Shown: piece after piece, positions 50,586 to 61,108 of the stretch
Layout of the letters: each line of letters starts with the position of its first letter
Position numbering within the stretch: position 1 is the stretch's first letter
Origin: Paraphysomonas bandaiensis
Taxonomy: Eukaryota; Protista; Chrysophyceae
DNA length: 61,295 nt
NCBI GenBank assembly: GCA_965644295.1
Contig: CBFFRP010000262.1
Coordinates: 1 to 61,295 of the forward strand
Direction of reading: 5' to 3'
Notes under the pieces: model-generated
Seen by the model: only the letters and a program-made list of their open reading frames with translations
Databases searched by the model: none
What the model was told of the DNA's origin: nothing
Position numbers and translations under genes: made by a program

Positions 50586-51101
50586 GTTGGTTGTAGTTTA
50601 ATATAAAAAACATATAAATGTGTCATGAAACCCTTCTTCTTATTCTTCATTGGTCTAAAAACAGGGAGATTCATGTACTGCTTCGTTTAATGGGAGAAGT
50701 AAGCGACTTAAGCGTTTTCACTCAAGCATATGAAGATCTAGAGATGTCCTGCAGATTCATGGAGTTATCTATGGTTATGTCGACAGATTCATTGATCATT
50801 TCCCTTCTTCATAGAGGTAACACTGACAAAGGATGCATGTTATGTACTAATAAGCTATACAGACATTGTTCTATGTTGATATGTAGATATGAACTAATTG
50901 TTTTGTTTGGATGCTCTGCAAATGATTAATAAGTTGTGTGGTGTGAGATGGTATCTTAGACACTAGGTTGAATACCAACATTAGTGTTACTACTTCAGCC
51001 AATTGACTGGTTGAGTGGTATTTCCTGATGTAGTTACTGTGTGCTGTAAATGATATATTCACGCACCATATCGATATACGACACAGTCTACTGACCAGAT
51101 G

Positions 51102-51354
51102 GCATCAGTAGCTCCCGTCTAATCATCGTCTGAATCTAAGTGAGGTATCCTGATTCCTTCTGTCGGTATGTATGTTTGGTTTGCTCTCGTTGGTGATTCA
51201 TACATAGGCTGTATGCAGTAACTTGGCAGAACAGTCACTCCATGTGTGACGCCAGGCCTGGTGATAACTGCCAAGTACACTTCAGCTATCACTTAGGCCA
51301 ATTATTCAGATAGAATCAAAGCAGATTGATATGCAGCCAAGCACATCATCATGC
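51102..51354 (-). ncRNA. Candidate long C/D-box RNA (snoRNA or scaRNA-like)
   Basis: Box C ATGATGA (51352-51346), box D CTGA (51108-51105), terminal gca/tgc stem, internal D'/C'-like boxes and long stems. Confidence 0.45.
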
Positions 51355-51602
51355 ATGGTGCTGTAGACGGCTGTGATTGGTACGGTATTCGTATTTCGGT
51401 ATTGTATAGTTGAATATACAGAGGACACCTCTGGATCCGAAAAAACTGAAACGTCGTTTTAAGATTGCATCATATTTGTGGAGTTGATGATTGAAAAAAA
51501 ACAGTGTCGGAACTGGAGCAGCTCTCTCGTGTCGCTGGTATCGTTAGCAACCATTGCTGAGCATTGTCTCCAGTTTGTCAATAGTCAGGTCACGGATTAA
51601 TC

Positions 51603-52123
51603 ATGGTGAGTCCTGTTTAATGATTTTATCATTTCTTGACATGTCTTTATTTGAACAGAGTCTTCAAATGACTTCAGAATTTCAGCACATCTTGCGTGTG
51701 CTGAACACAAACATTGACGGAAAGCGCAAGGTCATGTTCGCCATCACCAAAATCACCGGTATTGGCAAACGTTTCGCTAACCTTATTTGCAAGAAGGCTG
51801 AGATCGATATCACTCGTCGTGCTGGCTCTCTTACCAACGAAGAGATTGAGAAGCTTGTTGCAATTATTTCTAACCCCAAGCAGTTCAAGGTTCCTTCCTG
51901 GTTCGTGAACAGGCAAAAGGATAGAGTTACTGGCAAGACAACTCAGGTTGTTGTCAACGGTCTCATTGGTAAGGTTCGTGAGGATCTTGAGAGATTGAAG
52001 AAGGTCAGAGCCCACCGTGGTATTCGCCACTACTGGGGTGTCAGAGTCCGTGGTCAGCACACCAAGACTACCGGTCGTAAGGGTAGAACTGTGGGTATGC
52101 CTGGTGGTGCCAACCCCAAATAA
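51603..52123 (+). CDS. RPS18: 40S ribosomal protein S18 (uS13)
   Basis: ATG-only first exon, intron 51606-51658, then [21 protein letters not shown]...[10 protein letters not shown]. Confidence 0.97.
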
Positions 52124-52507
52124 GCATGTGTGACTAATTGACAAATGTGGGATCAGCAGTAAATAAAATAATTCGCTTTCATATCCTGTCTTCTCTGACA
52201 TTTTCAAAGCTATGAGTACGGTAGTAAGGGATTTCTGTGATACTTATTGTGTTAACAATCGCTATTTACGGAAATATCTGCACACATGAGGCATAATTTT
52301 TCCAATATTACTCCACTTAAAATTTAAAGTACAGATAAAGCATACACCGATATTCGCTCTTTCAATCTTTCAATACAATGTATTCACTACACATATATGT
52401 CCTATATCACGGTTTGTAAGGCATTGCCGAATAGAATCATAACTAATAATTATTTAACATTAGCATAAATATATTTATTATTAATATATACTACTGATGT
52501 TGTTACT

Positions 52508-52759
52508 CAGGGATAGGGAACAATATATTGCAATACTATTGTTAGATAGCGTTCCATCAATAGTATTGATGGAGATTTTAAACAGGCCAAACAATACAAT
52601 TACAATATATTATATATTGATTGCAATATATTGCTATAGTATTGTGAGCTCTTTTAACATAAACACTATTGATGGAATATTTGACCAGTCCACCAATCAA
52701 TATATTTTGCAATATATTGTACAATGTATTGCAATACAATATATTGTTCCCTATCCCTG
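52508..52759. mobile_element. hAT-type MITE, 252 bp
   Basis: Perfect 23-bp TIR cagggatagggaacaatatattg; perfect 8-bp TSD ttgttact; internal tattgcaata repeats. Confidence 0.92.
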
Positions 52760-53095
52760 TTGTTACTTATATTACGTTTAACGAAGAAATACCTATATTT
52801 ATATTAGATATATTACGTTTAATTATATTAGATATTAGATATTAGATACTATTTGACACTTGTTTGTTGTAGTAATGCCTGCAGTTCGTGACAGCATAGG
52901 GAGATAGGGAGGGGTTACCTACTTCTCATTTATACATCGGGCGATTATGGTTATGGCTCTTGAATGGTCAACTGTCAACTGGTACCTAATCGAGAAGAAA
53001 CATCACAAATTAATACACCGATACATCTACCGTCGCCGTCTTTGCATGCGTGAAGGATTGTTAGTTGTAATATTTAGAACATTTCAACTATGATT

Positions 53096-53281
53096 CAGGG
53101 CTGCGTATCAATGAATTGCCAATTATTGAAATTGAAATTGGACAGCAAGTAGTAATTGCAATTGTAATTGACTACAAAGTGCGTCAATTAATTAATTGAT
53201 AAGCATCTCAGCATCTCTGCTTAACAATATATCATATATTACACCATTCACGGCATTTCAATTCATTGATACGCAGCCTTG
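53096..53281. mobile_element. MITE related to the hAT element at 49585
   Basis: 23-bp TIR cagggctgcgtatcaatgaattg with one mismatch; no TSD match. Confidence 0.75.
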
Positions 53282-53644
53282 ATGTTAAGAGTTAAGAGGT
53301 ACGCGTAATTAGTGATTCTTAATATTAAGATTTGAAGTGTCACAGTTCTCTGCATTAACAGCCGGAAGAACTTGTCGGCCTTATACTTTGTACCCGAGTT
53401 TCTAGGAAACAATAATACAAGAAGTAGAATACTATAATTTAAGAATAACTTGTTAGTACGTCAACTGCTATTTTGGAGGGACAGTATGAAAATTTTGTAG
53501 AGAAAAAATTTTCGGAAAACGTTGTAGTGCTACATCAATGAATTATTAGTTTATATTAAATGCACTAATGTATGCATTACATATAAAAAGTGCTACAAGT
53601 GTATGAAGCAACTTTGGAGTCCCAGAAATTGCGGGGGGAAATAT

Positions 53645-54427
53645 TTAGCATTTACACGATAAGGCCGCCTCACCTGCATTCAGTCCATCATTGCTTGGGA
53701 AAAAGCATTTCAGAAATCTGAGTCCAAATTGACATGATTTCACGTCATACATTGCAATCGCTAGTTGTGCCATACGGACATACCACCCACATGCTAACTG
53801 TCCAATAGAGTATCCAATGCCGGCAGCCACCTGGCCGAAGCCAAAAAGTAGACCAAGATTAATTTGCCCAATGCAAATAAGGCCAACATTTATTTGACCA
53901 AAACAAAATATACCATACGCAAATTGGCCAACACTAAGCACACAAGTTGAGTGTCGCATATCATGTATGTCAGTACATATTCCTTTATAAGGTTTCTTGT
54001 TGCCGTCCTCATCATATATTACGATTGTAGCGAAATAAAATATAATGATTATACATGCAGCTAAGTTAACGAGACCTGAGAGAACAAGAACAATCCACTT
54101 CGCAACACTTAGCTTAGGCCACACAAACTGGTAGAATGGATAATTTGATGCAGGTCGAGTAACACGAGTATTAGCAGATTCTACATTAGTTGGATACGTA
54201 TAATTTGGTGCAGACTGAGTAACAGGAGTAGAAGCAGATTCCACGCTAGTTGGATACGCAAAGGCCGTAGCGGTAGGTACGGAGTCAGAAACAAGTTTAG
54301 CCTGACACACAGGATAGGCGTCGGGATCAGTACCACGAAACGCTGGGTTCACCGGAGGAGGAGGTGGCATGGGAGTCGCCGTGGAGGAAGACTCCTCCGG
54401 CGATGGAGAAAAACTCATGTTGATCAT
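53645..54427 (-). CDS. Membrane protein with Pro-rich N-terminus and C-terminal GQ/Gly periodic hydrophobic repeats
   Basis: Intronless 260-aa ORF; TM segment; GQFAYG/GQINVG/GQINLG/GQVAAG/GQLACG repeats; internal 21-aa duplication. Confidence 0.75.
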   Translation of the reverse strand: MINMSFSPSPEESSSTATPMPPPPPVNPAFRGTDPDAYPVCQAKLVSDSVPTATAFAYPTSVESASTPVTQSAPNYTYPTNVESANTRVTRPASNYPFYQFVWPKLSVAKWIVLVLSGLVNLAACIIIIFYFATIVIYDEDGNKKPYKGICTDIHDMRHSTCVLSVGQFAYGIFCFGQINVGLICIGQINLGLLFGFGQVAAGIGYSIGQLACGWYVRMAQLAIAMYDVKSCQFGLRFLKCFFPSNDGLNAGEAALSCKC

Positions 54428-54607
54428 AATTAATATACGATGCTATCACTTCTTGATACCAGTGCATGCATATATCCTGTACGCCAATTCTACACAGTAC
54501 CCTGTCCACACCTCCCTTCCTCCTGGTCAGAATAGAACTGTATTCGTACTCCAGTATTGTAACTACTACTACTATAGTATGACATACCTACCTAGGAACT
54601 CCTACTA

Positions 54608-55013
54608 ATACACATACATACATACATACATACATACATACATACATACATACATACATACATACATACATACATACATACATACATACATACATACATA
54701 CATACATACATACATACATACATACATACATACATACATACATACATACATACATACATACATACATACATACATACATACATACATACATACATACATA
54801 CATACATACATACATACCTACATACCTACATACCTACATACCTACATACCTACATACCTACATACCTACATACATACATACATACATACATACATACATA
54901 CATACATACATACATACATACATACATACATACATACATACATACATACATACATACATACATACATACATACATACATACATACATACATACATACATA
55001 CATACATACATAC
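54608..55013. repeat. (TACA)n microsatellite with an internal (TACATACC)n block
   Basis: Direct reading; variant block at about 54811-54870; abuts the LTR. Confidence 0.99.
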
Positions 55014-55220
55014 TGTAGCTGACAGACACCAAGAGAAAGTAGACTAGGAATATATGGTTATTATGCATATAAGAATCATGTATGTATAGACTGGCATGAA
55101 GCAACTGCCTATCACAATATCACGATCCTGAAGGGACGTGCCCAAAGCAATCCCTGAAGGAGAGTGATCGCAAATCTAAAAACCCAAGGTTTTCCCAAAA
55201 GGCAGGGGTTTCATGCCACA
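55014..55220 (-). repeat. 3' LTR, 207 bp, TG...CA ends
   Basis: tgtagc...gccaca; same as 61109-61295 except one A in a homopolymer. Confidence 0.93.
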
Positions 55221-55244
55221 CTACCCCTTCCCTCCTTTTTTTTT
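55221..55244 (-). other. Polypurine tract
   Basis: Minus strand A-run followed by ggagggaaggggtag, directly before the 3' LTR. Confidence 0.85.
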
Positions 55245-55412
55245 GAAAAAAACCTGGCATTTAGCCTACGAAAACTACTACTCCTAAAAAAAATCACCAC
55301 TACTACCCTACATCTCACTCCAAGCATTATTCTGACTTTACGAGAACCTTATCATAGGTGTCCACTACATGGACAGAGCGGATTTTAACCGTCAAAACTC
55401 ATAATCCCTAAA

Positions 55413-58400
55413 CTAACTCGACGAGCCCTCCTCCTCAGACTGGGCATCTTCTTCCGTCGAATCAACTGACCTGGAGCGCTTCTTTCCCCTCTTGGGTAAT
55501 AGGGCCCGAACAAGATAGTTAGAGTGGGACCTCAGGTATCTTAGCAATGCCTCTGAACCTCGCACTGTCTTCCAAGACTCCCAAGTCGGTACACTATAAT
55601 TAGACCAAAACACCTCAAAGTACAAGTCAAATCGTGACCCTTTAACATCCCCTCGCATGTTCGTTATTTTCTCCATCACAAACTCGGCGCCCTCTGTGTC
55701 ATCCCGTAACGCAATCTGCACCGGGTCTTCCACCCTCGGATCATAACAGAACGGACGTAACTTCGAGATATGATGCTTCGTCGTGCCTCTGGTCAAAAGA
55801 CTCTGCACTGTATAAATTCCACCATCTATTGCCACCACCTTCATGGGGCCTTTTAAATAGGGTAATAACTTGCTCGGAGGACCCTTCCTCAACGAGTTAT
55901 GGCGATATTCCACTAGCACCAAAGCCCCTACCGGATATGAGGATATACCCTCCGGCATATTAGACTCAATATGATGCTGGTCTCGGATACGCAAATTCTG
56001 TTGTGCATACGCCCTAACCTTATCCTGAGCGACAAGTCTGTCTGCCACCCATTGTGATAAATCTCGACTCTCCCGAGATGATAAATTCTTTCTATCCAAA
56101 ATAAAGCCCGCATCCAGATTTATGGATTTACCATACACCAGTTCTGCTGGGGCCACCCCAGTTGATCCATGTACAGACGCATTCAAGATGCGCTGCACCA
56201 TTGGTAAAACATCAGACCACCACTTTAAAGCAACTCGCTCGAAAATGATGTTCCGCAAATGTCGAAGAATCTCTTTATTCTCCCTCTCGACCATGCCATT
56301 TTCCTCCTTCGAGTACTCGATTGTAAAAGAGTGGTTGACACCCAACAAAGCAGTTATCTCACGAATGATATCCGCAATAAACGCCTTGCCCTTATCCGAG
56401 GTAAGTTTACAAATCGAGCACATCGAAAATCTACCAAAATATTGAATCAACGCTCGGGCTGTATCTTTCGCCGATATGCCTTTCGTGGGGAATAACTCAA
56501 CCCACCTCGCGAAGGCATCAATCAGCACTAATATACTCGTAAACCCATATTCATCCGGCATCAAGCCTTCAATATAATCCATATAAATACATTCTCCCAT
56601 CGAGTATTTCGACAGTGTAAATGGACGAACCCACACAGATGGTTTCAACGTTGACATTTTCTGACAACACACACATCTCTTAATAAAAGTTATTACATGC
56701 TGACGCATGTTCCTCCAATTGTTGTTGCTCCCTCGCAACTTCCCCATGGTTCGTTCTACCCCATGGTGACCCACTACACTATTGTGACAGGTCTTAATAA
56801 CTTTCCAGAAGCGACTCGGGATATGCTCACACTCTGTATCCTGCTCTACCTCAAGGCACTGCTCGAGTGAAGAACAGACATTTTCACCGATTTCATCGGA
56901 TGCGTCCACCCCACAAATTCGACTAAGAGCGTCAGCAATCACATTGAGTTCTCCTGCCAAATGTTCGAAGGTAACATCAAACGACTGAAAACACATAAAC
57001 CAACGCTGCACACGCTTTAGATGACCGTATTCTTGCTTAAGCTGGCGTAAGTTGTCGTGATCCGTTCGAACAATAAAACGTCGATCTCTCAACAAGTATT
57101 CCCACTTATTCAAGGCATAGAATATGGCAAATCCTTCCTGCTCACAGGTATGCCATTTTGCCAAGGTGGAGTCGAACGCCTTACTAATCATCCCAATCGT
57201 GCGCTCGTGACCCTCCACGATTTGCACTAAATGAGCTCCAATCCCTATTATTGATGCATCAGTATATAGATAGATGGGGGAAACATCATCCATAAAAAAT
57301 AATAAAGGACACTCATGAATTCGCTCCTTGAGCGCATCGAATGCTCCCGTGGCCTCCTCTGACCAGTCTAGCACTCTTCGACGCGCCTGAGCCTTTGTAT
57401 AATTCCCCAACATCGCATGCAAAGGTTTCGCTATAAGCGCATAATCGCGAACACAATCTCTTACAAAATTTGCCACTCCCATAAAATGCTTTAACTGCTT
57501 TTGGGTATTTGGCTTCGGGATGGCTACAATACTATCCACCCGTTCCCTCGTGAAGGTATGACCCCACTCATTTATCTTATGGCCAACGGCCTCTACTTCC
57601 GACACCCCAAAGACACACTTCTTAGGATTCACTGTCAGACCAAATTTCTTAAACCTTGCCAATACGGCAGTTAAGTTCTCAATGAGCTCTTCCTCTGAGC
57701 TAGCAAAAATAATGCAATCATCAAGATAAATTTCACAAATCTTATAAACCAGACCCGCCAGCACTAGACTTTGCATTTGCCGCTGGAAATAAGATGGAGC
57801 GCCTTTCAAACCCATGGGGAGCCGGAGCCACTCGTACACCCCGTTTTGAGTAATAAAGGCAATCCAAGTACGGGATCGTTTGCCTACTGGCGCCTGATGA
57901 TATCCAGACGTGAGGTCCATCACCACAAAGAATTTAGGACGCTTCTCACCAATCCTATAGATCATATCTCTGATATTAGGAATTGGCCAGCTTTCTGAAG
58001 TCGTGACCCGATTTAAATTTTTATAGTCCAATACCAACCGCCATTTATTACCTGGCTTCGGCACCACAAAGGGATGACTGTAATGCGTGGCTGTGCTAGG
58101 TTGGATTGCTCCTAACCTCTCTAGCTTATCCACCAAACGTTGGAGCTCGCGCTGGCGACTCCTGTCTAACCTCCTGGGAGGCAACTTATTTGCCGGTATA
58201 AACCACGTTTCAGACGGGTTCCGGACTTCCAACTCAAACGGCTCCAGCTTGGCTGGTTCCCCCTTACGAATTTCTAGTCGGAATATCTCCTTGTATTCCT
58301 CCAGGACATCCCGGATACGACTCTGCAAACTCGGGGAACCAAATATCTTATCTGGAAGCACTTGCGGATCCTTTTCCGCACTTAAATAATCAGAATCAAT

Positions 58401-58871
58401 AGATTCCAATTGATCATCGCGAATTTCCTTCATATTCTCTCGGTCCCATGCGGACCTGGTTGAGAAGTTAGAAGGGTCCTCGACCCCCAGAGAGAGCAAC
58501 TGCTCGTCCACTGGGTATGACCAATCTTCGCCACTGTCACTGATACCTATCTCGAGTGGAGCTAACTCGCTCTTCACCCCAAGATCATAATTCTTGCGTA
58601 GCGGTAGACGAACGCTGGCTCGTTCCCCCCCACAAGGGTAAGACGCGTGCACGCCCAGGCCAAGAGACACTGCTCCCCCAGACTGATCATCTCTCTCTCT
58701 CGCATGAGGGACTGCGCTGTTTCCCACTACGTTGGCTACCCGCCGAGCACTGTCTGCACTCATAAAAGCATTAGGGCAATGTACCACTAAATCTAGTTCT
58801 CGTACAGTTTGCACTCCTAATATAATGTCAAAATTTAAATCTAATTCCCAAGCAGTTATCCTAGCTTGCAA
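55413..58871 (-). CDS. pol: Pol: protease C-terminal part, RT, RNase H, integrase, chromodomain
   Basis: DIILG; YLDD; LYTDAS; HHCC zinc finger; DDE (YMDY, SDKG, NGMVER); GPM; chromodomain-like FEVFWSNYSVPTWES. Confidence 0.95.
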   Translation of the reverse strand: MQARITAWELDLNFDIILGVQTVRELDLVVHCPNAFMSADSARRVANVVGNSAVPHARERDDQSGGAVSLGLGVHASYPCGGERASVRLPLRKNYDLGVKSELAPLEIGISDSGEDWSYPVDEQLLSLGVEDPSNFSTRSAWDRENMKEIRDDQLESIDSDYLSAEKDPQVLPDKIFGSPSLQSRIRDVLEEYKEIFRLEIRKGEPAKLEPFELEVRNPSETWFIPANKLPPRRLDRSRQRELQRLVDKLERLGAIQPSTATHYSHPFVVPKPGNKWRLVLDYKNLNRVTTSESWPIPNIRDMIYRIGEKRPKFFVVMDLTSGYHQAPVGKRSRTWIAFITQNGVYEWLRLPMGLKGAPSYFQRQMQSLVLAGLVYKICEIYLDDCIIFASSEEELIENLTAVLARFKKFGLTVNPKKCVFGVSEVEAVGHKINEWGHTFTRERVDSIVAIPKPNTQKQLKHFMGVANFVRDCVRDYALIAKPLHAMLGNYTKAQARRRVLDWSEEATGAFDALKERIHECPLLFFMDDVSPIYLYTDASIIGIGAHLVQIVEGHERTIGMISKAFDSTLAKWHTCEQEGFAIFYALNKWEYLLRDRRFIVRTDHDNLRQLKQEYGHLKRVQRWFMCFQSFDVTFEHLAGELNVIADALSRICGVDASDEIGENVCSSLEQCLEVEQDTECEHIPSRFWKVIKTCHNSVVGHHGVERTMGKLRGSNNNWRNMRQHVITFIKRCVCCQKMSTLKPSVWVRPFTLSKYSMGECIYMDYIEGLMPDEYGFTSILVLIDAFARWVELFPTKGISAKDTARALIQYFGRFSMCSICKLTSDKGKAFIADIIREITALLGVNHSFTIEYSKEENGMVERENKEILRHLRNIIFERVALKWWSDVLPMVQRILNASVHGSTGVAPAELVYGKSINLDAGFILDRKNLSSRESRDLSQWVADRLVAQDKVRAYAQQNLRIRDQHHIESNMPEGISSYPVGALVLVEYRHNSLRKGPPSKLLPYLKGPMKVVAIDGGIYTVQSLLTRGTTKHHISKLRPFCYDPRVEDPVQIALRDDTEGAEFVMEKITNMRGDVKGSRFDLYFEVFWSNYSVPTWESWKTVRGSEALLRYLRSHSNYLVRALLPKRGKKRSRSVDSTEEDAQSEEEGSSS

Positions 58872-58903
58872 CCCCGGTGGCTCCTTTGCCTCCGTAAGGA
58901 TTT

Positions 58904-61086
58904 TTACATCAAAGGGTACACCCTTCTACACAATGCAATAGCAGACTTAAAGCCACCCGCAATATTCTTAATTACAGGTATTGGAACAGAATCACTCTCT
59001 ATCAACCACTGTACAACGTCTTTACTAATAAAGTTCGCCGACGCGCCAGTATCAAGCAGAGCCTTGCACATCCTTTCCTCCCCCTGTTCATTACAAACCA
59101 TTACTTCTATAAATGGTAGTGATGACAACGACTTAAGTGCCATAATGGCCATGACATCAGCGTCTAATTCGCAGGACTCACCCTTAGAGTTTCTCCCATA
59201 CGAACCGCTCTGCGTAATCGACCAACCCCCCGTTGGTAAGGTATGGTAACCCGTTCTCGCCAGAATATCCTTGGCCACCGCAGAGTCCCTCCATTTCACC
59301 TTTGGGTCATTATTTGCCCCTTTCGCTTGCGTAAGCGGGCAGGGTTTCTTTCCCCTATGCCATACCTCCAACCGCCCGCAAACATTACAACGCTCCGAAT
59401 CTGCCACTCTAGGCCAATCCGGCTCCTGAAATCTCTCCCTGGACTTCTTTCCTTTCCTCGCAACGTCATTTGACGCCCTCTGCGAGTTCTTGGGAGGAGA
59501 GCGAGAGCGATTGCGTTTCCCGTCCCTTTGGTCGGGACCCTTCCGCCCTCGCGTGTCAGTCTCGGAAAGGCTATCTGCTGCCTCCCGCGCCCAATGGCGA
59601 GTCACAAAGATATCGAAAGGCTTCACCAACTCCCAGGAGTCCCTAATCGAAGCCACGGCTTTGTGTACCGCTGACACATAGCCCAGAAGAGTGCGCTTAT
59701 CCGCCGGCAAATTTTCAAACACCGGCTGCACTTTCTCTGTGAAGAATCTCTTCCTTCTGGCTTGATCATCGTACGGGAGATCAATTCGAAGAGAACGCTT
59801 AAACTCTTCAATCCACGCTTTATTCTCCTCGATAGTCCCTTGGCCACTCTCCTTCTCTAGCAGCAGCTTTAGGTCCCCACCCCACATTCTCACATCTTTC
59901 ATGCTCTGTAGAGTGCGGGACTTCCGGGCCCACTCTCGGATACGCTGGAACGGCTCCTCACCACCTCTACGTGGCCTTGATCCTTTACTATCTTGCGTAA
60001 GAAACTGAAAAGTCCTCCGCCGAAAGCACCTCAGGATCCCTCCAATCACCCGCCTTTCCATTTACGTCATCCCGTAAAGTCAACATTGCCGCCGTCTAGC
60101 CGAAATTAGAGATCTGTCCACTTGCCTCCCTCCACTCTTGAGGGAGTACTGACGGAACTTCTCAATGTAGCTCTCGACTGCTTCCTCGCTCAGAAGACTC
60201 CGGTGGAGTACATCATTGGACGTGACAAGTAGGGTACTGCTGGAGGAACTTGAATCCCCTCCAGTCCCGACGGACCCCGCTGCAGCGGTTGGAGGCTCCC
60301 GCGCGCTCCATTCTCCCTGTTGCTGCGTGCCGATTAATGCCGACAACTGCTCAATTTGCCGTTGCATGGCTGCTATAACGCTGTCGGACTCCCTCTCCGA
60401 CTTGCTATATCGACGCGACTTCTCTCTGTCCGAGTCAACCGAATGCCGCGACCTTTTATATTCTCGGCTCCTTGACCGGTCACCCCTTCCCCTGTGGGAC
60501 CGTCCTCGCCTATTCCTACTGCCGAGAGCGATCGCGAGGCCGAGATCCTCTCCCTTGATCTTCGCCGACCTCTCTCCGACTCACAGGGGCTCTCATTCTG
60601 TCGAGAACTACCCCAATCGCGAGACTCCTCGCTCCAGCTTCGCTTGGAGGCTTCCTTTTCCTTCCTCGCACACTCCTCAATAAACTCCTGCTTTCTCTGC
60701 GCTACCAGACGCTTCACCTCTCGCTTGCGTCGCTTACGACTGTTTTCCTCCCATACTGCTAGCGCCTTCTCATTCTCGTCCTTTGGGGTCTCTTCCGAGC
60801 TACTCCCCGACAGAACGAGCTCCTCTGTATCGACTCTCCCTTCAACAGATAGAGCTGACGAAACTTCCTCTGCACCAGAATCCTCCTCTGGTGCCACTGA
60901 TTCCTCTTCCTCCATAGGAACCATATCCTGCTCCCTCGCAGGCTCATCCCCCACATCACTGGGAAGTTCTCGGTCGGAGGCCTCTGCCTCCTCCCCTTCC
61001 ACAACACTGGAGGGTCTCGGTTCCACTGGAACCCCCTCTACTTCTTTTTCTACAACGCGTCTAGACTTTCTAACTCTCTTTGACAT
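58904..61086 (-). CDS. gag: Gag plus protease N-terminal part, broken by several frameshifts
   Basis: ATG 22 nt after the 5' LTR; acidic and RS-rich N-terminus; CNVC-x6-H-x5-C knuckle; LLDTGAS. Confidence 0.75.
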
Positions 61087-61108
61087 CAGATTCCCTAAAT
61101 ATCGATAT

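Noticed and set aside
51150-51210. ACATACATAC in the C/D candidate as a template for TACA array synthesis
   Set aside because: It is more simply one arm of a local hairpin, such words are common near promoters here, and slippage explains the arrays
51674-52207. Antisense ORFs over RPS18 and over other genes
   Set aside because: Shadows of codon bias on the coding strand
60080-60600. Programmed multiple frameshifts in gag
   Set aside because: No slippery sites recognised; single-base indels from sequencing or decay are more likely
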